A DNA stretch of 64,000 nt from the human T2T-CHM13v2.0 reference genome, Homo sapiens: NCBI RefSeq assembly GCF_009914755.1, contig NC_060925.1. The stretch is one strand, 5' to 3'. How positions within the stretch are numbered: the first letter of the stretch is position 1; each line of letters begins with the position of its first letter. Of this stretch, positions 1 through 13,660 are shown piece after piece. The notes under the pieces are model-generated. The model had not been told where the DNA came from and did no database searches. It was given only the letters and a program-made list of their open reading frames with translations. A program made the translations under genes and the position numbers.

Positions 1-1359
1 AGGTATATTGGATATTTGACTTCAGTCTTAGAAAGAGTACAATTATTTTTTATTTATGGAGAGATAACATGCTGTCCAGAAAGTATCTAAAAAGGCTTTC
101 TTTTCTTACCAGTGGTTTTGCTCTTCTCATAAAACTTTTTGTACCTAATTATAGATTTTAGGGACATAAAAATAGCCTGCAAAATGTCTAAACATCCCAT
201 AAATACTTTCTGTCCTTTCGGTTAATCTCTGGAAAAAAGCACTTTAAAGCAGTGTCATTTGTAACCTTCTTGGATGTATATTAACCTAGTAGCTTGAATT
301 ATTTTACCAGATTAACTAGATGCTACTTAAATGTCAGTGCTGCAAAGGTGAGAGTTCCAAGAGGGAATTGGGCTACCAAATGGGGATATAGAAATCTTAA
401 AGAAAACCATGTCAATTTCCAATTTTCCTAGGACTCCCCCACGTGCTACTTTCTTAGAGGAATAAATCATTCTTGCTTTCACTCTCTGCCCATATGTTCA
501 TGCTGGCTTGCAAAATACTTTTCCTTGTATAACTACATCAAGTAGCAATTGAGACATTTTCATGTACTATTTATTAATAATTAGGTTTTTATTATAAAAC
601 ATGAAAGTAGTCTGTCAGAAAATTTTATCTTTGAAGAATATATGAAGATTAACAAGTTAATATTGGATACAAAATGAGAAAAATGCCATATAAGTGGTAT
701 ATATCAATAAAATATCACTCAAACTGATGTGATTAAAAAGGAATATTATTTAAAAATAATGGCTAGAATATTATTTGATAGGTGGGATGGTTATTTGAGA
801 ATGAGAAATTATTCTGCATGTAAATTTTCGTATATTTCAAAATATTTTTTGGCAGAAAACTTATTTAGTCTAAGCTGAAAACAAGACTTAAATGTAGAGC
901 TCAGTCAGACAGACAGTATTAGAGTAAGGTTTGACCAATGTAGATCTGTCAATATTAATTGTAATAATAGCTCTAAAATTCTAAGAGTTGTATATTCCAC
1001 GTTTGTGTATTTTATCACATATTTGTATATCATTTTACACTTTAAAGTAAATTATATTACTTAATTCTCACATCCCTTAGGCACATATGTAGTAATTCGT
1101 ATTTGTAAAATGGAGAAACAGAGGGACAGACAGATGAAGCGCCTTGCAGTTCAGAAAGAAACAAATGGCACCTTAACCAGATTCTTCCTTATGACCCCAT
1201 CTCCAGTTCTTTCCTCTTAGACAGTTATACAGGAATGCGTGCAACACATGTCTAGCAATAATAGATACCCAATAAATATTTAGTTCAAGTCTGCATCTTC
1301 CTAGAGATACTTTGATAAATCTTCTGTCTTGCTTTGTTAGGAAACAGAAAGATTTTTCT

Positions 1360-1520
1360 TCATGATCACCGTTTTACAGATGAGTAAATTGAGGCACATA
1401 TTGTTTAACCAAGGACCCCTCTGCCTGTTTCAGCTTGAGATGCTGAAAGTGGCACAGCAAACGTTAAAATTGCAGAGCTTCTATTCAGGTGACTCTAACG
1501 CTTCTTTCCACAGTACCAAA
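1360..1520 (-). mobile_element. MIR SINE fragment
   Basis: gttttacagatgagtaaattgaggcac is the reverse MIR core. Confidence 0.65.
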
Positions 1521-2249
1521 TGGCCTCTTTAGAAGCGATGTTATGGGGTTGCGTTTTTTTCACCCCAGGCTCCTGTTTTACCCAACCCTACAAACCAAAT
1601 CAGATTTATGATCTGTGCCTCTAGGACATGCTTCCTTAATTTTAAATTGCTGCTGGATTGTAAACCCAGTAAACACTGCTTTAGTCGTCTGTGTGCTCTG
1701 TGCTGTACTAGCAAGGATGAGCAGCTGAAGATACAGCAGGTCTGTAGATGTGAAGGCAGAACATTTACTCATGGTAAACTGAGCACAATTATAAGGACAC
1801 AAAAGGGCAAATAAAATATTTTGCTAAAACGTGTGTGACTGGGCATTCTTCATGCCGGGGCATGACTAGGTGAGGTAAATCAGGGAAGGCAAGAGTGGGG
1901 GCAAGGGGAAATAGTTGCAAAGACACACTAAATTCACGTGCTACCTGTTGGATTATACGACTTTTATCTTTTCTTGCTTGCTAGCATTCACAAAGTAATA
2001 ATAGTTTTTTGTTGCACAAAATTCAAATAATGCAGGAAGGTAGAAAGAAGAAAGCAAACCTCTCTTTAGACCTATAAGCATATATGGATATACCAAGGTG
2101 TGTGTGTGTGAACATACACACATACACATCTTTCCACACATGATTTTACACGTATAGGATCACGTATGCATGCCATTTTGCTGTCTCCATTTTTCAATTA
2201 CCATTGTTAGGGGATGATTTAGTAACATTTTTTTCCTACTAAAAATATT

Positions 2250-2386
2250 TATTTTAAAATTTTTATGAATACACAATAGTTGTACATATTTATGGTGTAC
2301 ATGTGATATTTTGATCCAAGCATACAGTGCATAATGATTAAATCTGGGTGACTGGGATATTCCTAACCTCAAACATTTATGATTTC
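2250..2386 (-). mobile_element. L1MA 3' end fragment
   Basis: aatagttgtacatatttatggtgtacatgtgatattttgatc...ataatgattaaatc resembles the reverse L1MA 3' UTR terminus. Confidence 0.75.
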
Positions 2387-3989
2387 ATAGGCAGCAAAGA
2401 ATTTTCTAAGTCTTGCTTTAAAATATAGTCTTCAAGGGCTTTGACACAGAAGACTTAATACAGTGGGGTTCTGACTCATGAGTCCACTTGTGCTGTTGGG
2501 GCAAGGTAGGGTGGATCATAGGGAACCTCGCACAGTGGCTGTTTGTGGTAAAGTAGCTTTAAGAATCTTCATGACATGGACCATTTTGAATTCACATGTT
2601 TTGATAGGCAACACAGACAAACTGATACAACACATTTTTAAAGATATGGAACATGGAGCTAAGCCAAAATATTGAGTTCCTTCTAGTAGAAAACTTCCCT
2701 CTCAGATTTATGATGTTTTTGAGATACCTCTGATTCCACGATGTTCGGAACTGCATTAAGTGGAGCCTATCACAGTTATCCTAGGACATGCAGTTTTCTT
2801 CTCTCGACCCTTCTAATTTTTAAAAGTTCTTCAACAATAGTGCTTTGCTTTGTGTTCTTTTGAGGGTGGAACCTGGATCCTTAGAGATAGAAAACCCAGC
2901 ATCTAAGTGGGATCTGCCTTTCAGTCCTGCTTCCACATGAACAGCAAGCAGAATAATTAATGGATCAACCGAGAAAGGAGGGAGTTTTTACCTAAAATGC
3001 ATTTGTAAAAATCTATACCTGCAGGTACTAAGAATAGTTCTCTTAGCTGGTGGATAATGGTAAAATTTAACCAATGACATATTAATGTCTGGACTAAAAG
3101 TATGATTGTGGTAAAAATAATGCTTTGGAAAGGCATGTAAGAAGATTCTAGACACGTATGGTAGTGCAGAAGTAAAAGTTCTTAAATTGACAGCCATGGT
3201 TTTGCTCTCAGGTTAGGACTTACAGACGTGTGCTTCTTTCTTCCTTCCTCTTCCTGCCCCCTTCCATTCTGATACCTTCTCTTCCCCTCTCTTTCTCTTC
3301 CCTCCCCCATTCTTACTTTCCTTTTTTTCTTAAAAAAAAAAAATTAAATGGCTCTTCTGTTATTGGCTATGGCTTCCTTTTGGGGTGAATGTTAATAAAG
3401 AAAAATTTTTTTTGGCAGCATTTGAAATTACATAATTTTCTTGTCCTCTGCTACCTTTGTGAGTTCATTCCTTATGGTTTCATGCAGTTGCTTTAATTTT
3501 GACAATTTTCTCTAATGGTTAGTAGCAGATAAAGTGTAATGGTTACTTTCTAGAAGGTGTCAATTCCTTTATGATATTTGGTTGGGATTGTGAAAGTGAT
3601 GGTGTGATTCTTTTAAAGTGAAGTTTAGAATTTGAAGATGAGCAACAGAAGTTTATATTTCCTTGTGGTCCTTTGGTCCAAATGGCCAATTCTTTTAATA
3701 AGTAAAATAGAGAGGAATAGAACCTGTGACAAGACAAAAGAGACTTCTGGGAAATGAAAGGTGGCTCCTTTCAGCCATTCAACTGGGATCTGCTCTGAAC
3801 TCATAGGCATGGTTGATGGTCTCCTTCACACCTATTTTATCATTGATTAAATATCCGCATAGGTTAGGTAATATTCTTACCAGTAAGGGAACTGGATGAT
3901 ACGATCACATCTAGAATTAATTCTCATTCAACTCTTTGTTTTTATAATCCATGATCATGTCTATCTTGGGTCTTTGTCTTCCTAGTAGT

Positions 3990-4750
3990 TTTGTTTTTTA
4001 ATCTGTTCCTTGGCAGTTATAGTGTCCCTTGCCTATTTGAGTTGTCCTTTGCAGACATACATTCTGCTTAGTTAAGACTTTGATAAGTGTTCATTAAAAC
4101 TGTGGGCAGTATTTCCAGAAGAGGAGAATCATAATTTACCATGGGTGGCTTTTTGTTTTTTCTCTCTTTCTTTTTTAAAACAATTCTATTATCTCCCTAG
4201 TGATATTGGCATTGTTTAATTATGTCCTTAGGCAAAGAGTCATGGTGACTCTTGAGCCTTCTTTTAGGTCACTGGAACCACTATTTGAAAAGGGCAGCCT
4301 GCTTATTTTCCCCCAAATCTGTTAGTTTTCACGTGACAAGGATAAGCTTCAACTCTCATTTATGTGTCTCTTTCTCCTGGATTGTGAGATTTTAAAAATT
4401 TAATTAAACGTCGAATATATTTCTCATTGTTAAAGATCATGATGATATTTCCAGACTTTGATATTTCCCTTTTCAATTTTATATTAAAACATCACAGAAC
4501 AGATACCTAGCATTACACTTACTCTTCAAATATATATTTATTTTATCTACATTTTTTAACTGTTTTGAACTGTTAAAATTCTTTCATTTAGATCTCTAGC
4601 CAAACATACTTATTTGTACAAGGAATCAATTATCTTTCAGTCTTTGTAGATAATCTTCTTTTTATGACAACTTACATTTTGTGAATTGATTTTTGTCTCT
4701 GTCCTAATTTGTCACCTTATAGTAGCTATTTGATTGGTAGAGGATGGTTT
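3990..4750 (-). mobile_element. Possible L3/CR1 LINE remnant
   Basis: Weak resemblance (gcttattttcccccaaat...aagcttcaact...cctggattgtgagat) to reverse CR1/L3; highly decayed. Confidence 0.35.
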
Positions 4751-4911
4751 CTCTGTACAGAGCTGTTTTATTTTTCTCTATGATGACTTAGGAGTGCATA
4801 TGTGTTCAAAGATATTATTCTCTATGTGATTTCACTCTGTTTTGCTTTAAGTGTTTCTCAGAAGACTAGGTGTTCTGTTTTTCTTTTATGGATAAATTAT
4901 ATGTATGCATG

Positions 4912-5285
4912 TATTTATCTAACTTTTATTTTAAGCTCAGTGGTACATGTGCAGGTTTGTTACATAGGTGAACTTACATCATGGGTGTTTGTTGCACAGA
5001 TTATTTTATCGCTCAGGTATTAAGCCTAGTACCTGTTAGTTATCTTTCCTGATTCTATCCCTCAGCCCATCTTCCATCCTCTGATCGGCCCTAGTGTGTG
5101 TTATTCCTTTCCATATGACCATGTGTTCTCATCATTTAGCTTCCACTTATAAGTGAGAACATGTTATCTGGCTTTCTGTTCCTGCATTAGTTTGCTAAGA
5201 ATAATGGCCTCTAACTTCATCCATGTCCCTGAAAAGGACACGATCTCATTCTTTTTTATGGCTGCATGGTATTCATTGGAGTATA
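4912..5285 (-). mobile_element. L1PA (PA13-15-like) 3' end, 5'-truncated
   Basis: ggtacatgtgcaggtttgttacataggt...ccacttataagtgagaacatg...ccatgtccctgaaaaggacacgatctcattctttt. Confidence 0.85.
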
Positions 5286-6984
5286 TATAAGAAAACTAAG
5301 GATTCTTTTGGATTTATTATACATACATGAGAGAGTTCTAGTTAGTGTATCCTCAGTCTACAGTAATGTTGAGTGAAAGTGCTACTATTTGTGGACTGCT
5401 AAGTTAAAAAGTTTGTATTCTTTTTAGAAGTACTTAAGGAATGAAAGTTACCAGGAGCTTGTAGAAGTATAATGTGTAATGTATTCTTTGGTGATGCGGC
5501 AGTGAAGGAAAGCTTAGGGAAATAAGTGGTACATGTCAGGACAGAGGAAAGGGAGGGGGATCTCAGTAGACCCCATCACATGACCACACAGATTAAGGTG
5601 AAGCACATTTTAAGGAAAAAAGTCTTTAATTCTTAAATTTTTCATTTTTAAGGTCTCAACATGGTTTCTTGGCTATTGTAAAGTTCCTCTTCCACAATTA
5701 TGTATCTGTTCTTATTATTTAGCTAACACTTCCTTAGAGGAAGAAGGGAATTCATCAAGAACTCATAATTGTTAAAACAGGACATGTTCCCATTGGGAAA
5801 ATAAAAAATTCTCCTTTCCTGTCACTATTATTTATATGCAATAAAGGGTGATTTGAAAACATTTGATTTCAGTGACAGATACAATAAAATTAACTTCTTT
5901 TTCTTTGGACGTCATGTGGTTTCTGCACCAGTGTGCTATTAATAGCACCAGGAAAGTAGATTCTGAGATTTGTGAATAAAGAGGCACAGGTTTGTGTCCA
6001 TGTAGGCATTTTGGGGTTAACTTAGAGGGCAGAGGTACCTCATTTATCTTCTAGATGTGGAGGGGAATCCTTAGTAAGGTTTTGTCCTGTTAACCCAGGA
6101 GTCACTACACCATGGGTCTATGGTGTTGTGTGTGTTCTCAACAGGGTAACAGTGTGGTCAGGATGCCTAAACAGATTTCCAAGCAGGGCAGCCCAAAATA
6201 GGTGAGAAAGGAGAAGCACAATTATTAGATGAATTTAGAGTTCATATATTTTATTTTGCATTGGGACTAAATGGAACGTCTTATTTTCCTCAGAATAGCC
6301 ATAGAGAGGCTTACAAATTATGTTTAGTGGGCAGCATTTGTTTTATACAGCAGGATCTCAGATGCCTGCAACCTAGGTGTTTCTTAAGCATTGAAGCCAG
6401 TGAATATGATGGAGGTCTTGTTAACCTTTACTTTAAAGCTTAATTTGGTGACTTTGCCTCTTTTAGTTAAAAAATATTTACAATGCTAATGGCATCACAG
6501 TCCATAAAGAAATTTAAACATTGCTGGTTGCGGTTCTGATGTTCCTATTGTACTAGGAGATGGTTTCTCAGAACACCCAATTTACTCCTGCTTCTCAGAA
6601 AGGGAGGCAGGCTTCTGCTGTTTTCCACTTGTCGCAAACCATCCATAAACCATCAAGTGCATAACAAAAACATGGGAGAAAATTATTCCCAGTTGTTACT
6701 AAGTAAAATTTTGTAAGACAAAGTTACATGTAATTATTGCTCAAAATAATTTATCATTCGTGTAAAAGAAAAGGATAATTGATTTGCAGTATAGTTTTGT
6801 GAACCTGAATTTGTTTGGATATTTGGAAACATACTGATTATTTTGAATTCTCTTTCTGAATCCCTACTTAGAAACATTTTTGCATTTATCTATTTTATTC
6901 AGATAGCATATTAGCTGTTATAGAGGCCTGAAGTAAGATAGTTGGTGTGATGATCTACACATCTAAAGCAAGAAATAGTTAAAA

Positions 6985-7540
6985 TTCATGTTCGTTCATT
7001 TATCCATTCTGTGTTTCTGTTTTTGAAAGGCTTTGTTCTATGCATGGGATATAATCAACATTTAACTAAACTGAGAGTTTTGTTCTCATGGAGCTGCTAT
7101 GCTAGTGAGGGGTGACTAAAAATTAACAAATATCTACTTGAACGAGATAATTTCAGAAGGTGCTAATCATCTGAAGACTAAACAACGCCTAATGAGATAG
7201 AGATGGGAGGTGGGCTTCTTTAGATGGGCCATGTTGAGAAAAGTTTTCTGTGAGGACATGACATTTAGATGAGGTTTGGATGAGGGAAAGTCAGTCAAAT
7301 AAAGGTTTTTTGGGGTGGGCAGGAAGTGTTCAAGGAAAAGGCAGCACATGCAAAGGCTAGAACATACTTGATGTGTTCTAAGACCCATAGAAGGTCTGAT
7401 GTGATCGGGCCATCTCTGGTGGATCAAGACAGCTGTAGGGGATGAGGTGAGGGAGGTAGACCTGGTAGGACAAGTGGTCTGGGCTTTAGGTGCAATGGGA
7501 AGTGAACAAATGGAAAATTTCAAAAGAAATAGACAATTGC
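6985..7540 (-). mobile_element. L2 LINE fragment
   Basis: ttcgttcatttatcc...ttctcatggagct...tctgtgaggacatgacattt...cagcacatgcaaaggc, typical reverse L2 3' region. Confidence 0.7.
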
Positions 7541-7563
7541 ATCATAATTGTGCTAGGCAAATA

Positions 7564-8865
7564 CAGTCTCATGCCGCATAATGACATCTTGGTCAATGAT
7601 GGATTGCATATATGATGGTGGTCCAATTAGATTATAATGGAGCTAAGAGTTCATATTGCCTATGACGTAGCCATCAAAATGTCATATCTCAATGCATTAC
7701 TCAAGTGTTTGTGATGATGCTGGTGTAAAAAAACCAACTGTACTGCTAGTCATATTAAAGTATTGCACATACAATTATGTACTACCTAATAGTAGATAAT
7801 GACAATAAACAACTGTGTTACCGGTTTGTGTATTCACTATACTATACTGTTTCCATTATGTTATTTTGTTTTATTTATTTTTAAAATTTTTTGAGTTTTT
7901 AAATTGATATATAATAGTTGTGCGTATCTTGGGTGTACGTGTGATATTTTGATGCCTGTATACAATATGTAATGATTAAAGGAGGCTAATTGGGATCCCT
8001 TATATTAATATATAAATAAGTTAACTGTAAAAGTGTCTCAGACAGGTCTTTCAGGAGGTATTACAGAAGAAGGCATTGTTATCATAGGAGATGACAAGCA
8101 TCATGCATGTCATTATTCCTGAACAGCTTCCAGTGGGACAAGATGTGGAGGTGGAAGACAGTGATATGGATGATCCTAAACCCTATGTAGGCCTAGCCTA
8201 ATATGTGTGTTTGTGTCTTAGTTTTCATTAAAACTGTTTGATTTAAAAAGTAAAAAATAAAAATAAAAAAGCTTATAGAATAAGGATATAAGGAAAGAAA
8301 ATCTTTTTGTACAGCTGTACAATGTGTTTGTTTTAACCTAAGTTATTACAAAAGAGTCAAAATGTTAAAAAAAATTTTAAAGTTTGCAAAATAAAAAGGT
8401 TACAGTAAGCTAATGTTAATCTGTTATTGAAGAAAGGAAAGTATTTTTAATGGATTTAGTAGCCTAGGTGCATAGTGTTTATGAAGTCTGCAGTAGTGTA
8501 CAGTAATGTCCTAGGCCTTCTCATTCACTCACCGTCACTCATTTATTCTCCCAGAACAACTTTCAGTCCTGCAAACTCCATTCATGGTAGATGCCCTATA
8601 CCAGGTACACTATTTTTTTTTATCTTTTCTATGTTTAGACACACCAATACTTACCATGTGTTATAATTACCTACAGTATTCATTACAGTAACATGCTGTA
8701 CAGTTCTATAGCCTAGGAGCAAAAGGCTCTACCATATAGTCTGGGCGTGTAGTAGGCTATGCCATCTGGGTTTGTGGAGGTACACTCTATGAAGTTCACA
8801 CAAGGATGAAATTGCTTAAGGATGCATTTTTCAGAACAGACCCCCATGTAAGAAACATGTGACAG
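7564..8865 (+). mobile_element. Tigger3b (MER7-type TcMar DNA transposon), near full length, interrupted by an L1MA fragment
   Basis: ta|cagtctcatgccgcataatgac...ggtggtccaattagattataatggagct...ccagtgggacaagatgtggaggtggaagacagtgat...aagaaacatgtgacag; left TA target site. Confidence 0.9.
7865..8000 (-). mobile_element. L1MA 3' end fragment nested in Tigger3b
   Basis: T-rich tail then aattgatatataatagttgtgcgtatcttgggtgtacgtgtgatattttgat...tgtaatgattaaa; Tigger3b resumes at aagttaactgtaaaa. Confidence 0.75.
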
Positions 8866-10694
8866 TCATGCAGTGGCCTGTTAGAGGGATTAGATCAAAT
8901 ACATTTAGAAAGATTAATTGGAGAAATGTTTATGAAAGTTGGTTTGGTGAAGAATTTTTGAGAATGAGGACCAAGAGGGAACACACAGGGTTTGGGATAG
9001 TAGGAGAGGAGAGAACTTTTCAGAAAGAGATGCTTAGGGTGATGAGACAGGTAATGTGTGTATCTCTGGGACGATATAGGGAGAGAGGAGATGGCTGGTT
9101 AAGGATTCTGAAGCTGCTACTAGGTATTGAATTTAATGTGTCTAAGATTCCTCAAGAACAAGATAAATTTTTATGAGCATAGATGATACTAGATGATTCT
9201 CATGCATGGGCTCTTTGTGGTAGAGCTCTTTATTTCTGTTTTCTCAAAACAAATTCTAACATCTGTTTTAAGATAAAAGATGTTTATTTCACCTCTAAAA
9301 TTTATTTTGTATTAAAAATCTTCCACAAGATTGGTATTACTGGACATGTTATAGCTTACATGCTACCAGAAATGACTATGTAATTATTTTATTCTTAATA
9401 AATATAGGCTTCCTATTTTCTCTCTGGTTAACGAGTTCCAAAGCTTCACATCAGTTTTAATTTCTGGGAGATGTTTTATCAGACAATGACATTTGGCTCT
9501 TGATTTAAGCAGGCCTAAAAATCTATTTCATGAGGGTAATTTAAAATAATTTGGCTTAATTAAAATGGTAAATGATGTTATTTTATAATAATGATATCAT
9601 TCCTGAGGCACATTTTTCTTGGACAGCTGTACTGTGCTATTATGCAAATAAGTATTTTTTGACGGGACAATAACTCCTGCTTTATTCTCCATTATTCAAA
9701 ACCTCGCAATCATATTATTTCCTGATCCATAGACAGCTTGTGTGTCTGTGTGTCTGTTTTATTCCCTATCGTTTTCCCCTGATTCAGGATTAAATTGCTT
9801 CAGATAAGCCTTCTTAATAGGAACCTACTGAGATTCCTTTCTATTGAAGAAGAGAAAAAAATAAGCTAATCTTATATATAGGCCAAACTGGGATGAGTGT
9901 TTTTGAGTCTAAAAGGAAATACAAAGAACCAGCAAAAAATGGTGACTACATCTGAAAGGCAGGCAATTGTAAGAAAGAATCTTTCAGCAAAGTTGTATCA
10001 AAATATATTTTGAATTAATTGCATGTAACATTCAAAGGCATAAACTCATGGAATTTGGAACTTGGGATCTACCATAGATATTGTCTATTCAAACTCTGTC
10101 ATTTTAGAGCTAAGAAAATAAACAATTTGGTCATTTTCCTAAGAGCATACTACTGGTTAGCAATAGAACAAACACTGGATCTGTGACTTCTGGTTTTTCA
10201 AACTCTCCTCCTCCTAATGTCCCCTTTTTACTTTTTCTTTCTCTTATAAATACCATCATCGTTCTAGGATCAGAGCTAGCTATTCCAGCACTTTTCATTT
10301 CTTTGAGTCGGTAACCCATATGTCTTCTTCTTTGCCCTACACAGCAGCAGTTTGCCCCAAACTCCCTGCAGGTGTGACTCACTGTTTTGCATTGATCATC
10401 TGTTCTCTTGCTAGTGCCTGCTTGCTGCCTCCTGTGCATTGCTGAATGAATTAGTGAAACGTCTCAGAATTTTAGAACTAGGGAAAAATCCTCCTGAATC
10501 TTGGGGAAAATAAAAGCAGGTGGTGTCTTTATGAAGTATCTCATCACCAAAATGCCCAAGTGAGGTTATAAATGGATTTTTAAAAAGGACTTCACAAATT
10601 AATGGATCATAAATACAAAACATGTTAGTAAAGAGAAGTGAGACAACTCAGAATTTTAAAAATTATTTTGTATGGTAAATGAATGAAAATTTTA

Positions 10695-10760
10695 TGAATT
10701 AAATAAATATTTATTGAGTTCCTACTATGTGCCTAGCATTGTAAGGGGCTATGGGGTTTT
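10695..10760 (-). mobile_element. L2 3' end fragment
   Basis: aataaatatttattgagttcctactatgtgcctagcattgt. Confidence 0.7.
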
Positions 10761-11474
10761 TTTTCTAGGCAAATTGTGTTTCATCTTACATATTCTTTCA
10801 TAACCTGATTATCTCATTTTGTAATATATCATGAACATCTATCCATATCTCTAAAATATAGATTTGTAGAACCCTTTTTAGAGGCTTTGTAGTATGCCTT
10901 TTTATGGATGTACCATCTTTTTAAACTGTTCTGTTATATCAGGCACTTAATTTTTTAGTTGTGGGAAAAAGCATGTAACAAGAGCTCTACCCAGTTAACA
11001 AATTTACAAATGTCTAATACAGTATCGTTGACTATGTGCACTTCAGTACCATTGACTATCTGCACAGCAGATCTCTGTAGAACTTTTCATCTTGCATGAC
11101 TGAAACCCTATACCCACTGAACAGCAAGTCTCCCTTTTTCCCCTTCCTCCACCCACTAGCAACCAGCACTGTGTTTTCTGCTTCCATGAGTTTGGCCATT
11201 TTAGAGATACCTCATATAAGTGGGAACATACGGTATTTGTCCTTACGTGATTGGTTTACTTAGCGTAGTATTATCAAGTTTCATCCATGTTGTAGCATGT
11301 AACAGGGTTTCCTTCCTATTTAGGGATGGATCATATTCCATTGTATGTCTATACCCCATTTTCTTTCTTCATTCATCCATCGATGGACATTTCCACCTCT
11401 TGGCTAGTGTGAATAATGCTGCAATAAACATGGAAATGCACATATTTCTTGAATGTCCTGTTTTCAATTCTTTT

Positions 11475-13258
11475 ATTTTTAATTATTATTGATTTATTTA
11501 TTTCAACTTTTAGATGCAGGGAGTACATGTGCAGATTTGTTACAAGGGTATATTGTATGATGCTGAGGCTTGGGGCATTACTGATCCCATCACCCAGGTA
11601 CTGAGCATAGTACCCAATAGTTTTTTAACCCCTGCCCTCCTCCCTTCCTTCTTCCCTGCTCTAGTAGTTCCCGGTGTCTGTTGTTCCCATCTTTATGTCT
11701 GTGCATACTCAATGTTTAGTTCCTACTTATAAGTGAGAACATGTGGTATTTGGTTCTCTGTTTCTGCATTAGTTTACTGAGGATAGTGAGTAAGCTGTGT
11801 CCATACTGCTGCAAAGGACATGATTTTGTTCTTCTTAATGGCTGCATAGTATTGCATGGTGTATATGTACCACATTTTTCTTATTCAATCTACTATTGAC
11901 AGGCACCTAGATTGATTACATGGCTTTGCTGTGAATAGTGCTGTGATGAACATATAGGTGGATGTGTCTTTTTGGTAGAATGATTATTTTCCTTTGGGTA
12001 AATACCTAATAATGAGATTGCTGGGTTGAATGGTAGTTCTATTTAAAATTCTTTGAGAAATCTTCAAACTGCTTTCCACGGTGACTGAACTAATTTACAT
12101 TTCCACCAACAATGTACTGGCATTCATTTTCCTCTACAGTCCTGCCAACACCTGTCATTTTTTTGACTTTTTGATAATAACCATCTGACTGGTGTGAGAT
12201 GGTATCTCATCGTAGTTTTGATTTTACATTTTTCTGATGATTAGCAATGTTGAGCATTTTTTGTATGTTTGTTGGTCCCTTGTATGTCTTCTTTTGAGAA
12301 GTGTCTGCTCATGTCCTTTGCATAACTTTTAATAGGGATATTTTTTTTTCTTGATTTAAGTTCCTTATGAATTCTGGATATTAGGTCCAGAGTTTGTTGG
12401 ATGCATGGTTTGAGAATATTTTCTCCAGTTGTGTAGGTTGTCTGTGTACTCTGTTGATAGTTTCTTTTCCTGGGCAGAAGCTCTTTAGTTTAATTATGGC
12501 ACGCTTGTCAATTTTTGTTTTTGATGCAATTGCCTTTGAGGACTTAGCCACAAATTATTTGCCAAGGTTGATGTTGAGAAGGGTATTTCCTAGGTTTTCT
12601 TCAAGGGTTTTTATGATTTGAGGTTTTACTTTTAACATTTTAATCCATCCTGTTAATTTTTGCATATGGTGATAGGTAGGAGTCCAGTTTCATTCATCTG
12701 CATATGGCTAGCTAGCTATCTTAGCACCATTTATTTAATAGGGAGTTCTTTCCTTACTGTTTATTTCTGTTGACTTTGTTGAAGATAAGATGGTTGTAGG
12801 TGTGTCACTTTATTTCTGGTCTCTCTATTCTGTTCTATTGGTCTATATGTCTGTTTTTGTACCAGTACCATGCTGTTTTGGTTACTGTAGCCTTATAGTA
12901 TAGTTTGAAGTCAAATAATGTAATGCCTCTAGATTTTTTTTTTTTAATTTTCTTAGGATTGCCTTGGCTATTTGGGATCTTTTTTGGTTCCATATGAATT
13001 TTACAGTAGTTTTGTCTAATTCTGTGAAAATGATGTTTTTAATTTGATAGGAATAATGTTGAATTTATAGATCACTTTGGGTGGTATGGCCATTTTAATG
13101 ATATTATTTCAATCTATGAGCATGGAACACTTTTCCATCTGTTTGTGTCATCTATGATATTTTTCAGCAGTGTCATGTAGTTCTCCTTGTAGAGACCTTT
13201 CATCTTCTTGGTTAGACGTATTCCTAGGTATTTTATTTTTTTGTATGGGTATTGTAAA
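11475..13258 (-). mobile_element. L1PA15/16-like element (3' UTR + ORF2 3' part) nested in the host L1
   Basis: gagtacatgtgcagatttgttacaagggtatattgtatgatgctgaggcttgg...; ORF 13114..13353 contains L1 ORF2 peptide ([17 protein letters not shown]); host resumes at aaatacccagaa. Confidence 0.85.
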
Positions 13259-13660
13259 TAAATACCCAGAAACAGGATTGCAGGATTATATGGTAGTTCT
13301 AGTTTTAATTTTTTGAGGAACTTCCATACTATTTTCAACAGCTGCTGCACCATTTACCTTCCAGCCAACAGTGCACAAGTGTTCTAATTTCTCCACATTA
13401 TTGACAATATTTGTTACTTTCTGTTGTTTTGATGATGCCATCCTAAGGGGTATATGTGAAGTACTATTTCATCGATTTGTGTTTTTCTGATAATTAGTGA
13501 TGTTGAGCATCTTTTCATATACTTGTTCATTTGCATGTCTTCTTTGGCGTAATGTCTATGCAAGTCCTTAGCCCATTTTAAAAATCAAGTTATTTGTTTT
13601 TTTTTCTATTGAGTCATGTGTGTTCTATGTATATTTTGGGTATAAATCTCTTATCAGGTA

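Noticed and set aside
4861-5330. Possible ~45-bp degenerate duplication flanking the L1PA13-15 fragment
   Set aside because: Similarity is AT-rich and gapped; cannot be distinguished from an ordinary decayed TSD or chance.
7167-7523. 118-aa minus-strand ORF
   Set aside because: Lies within a decayed L2 3' region; no protein resemblance.
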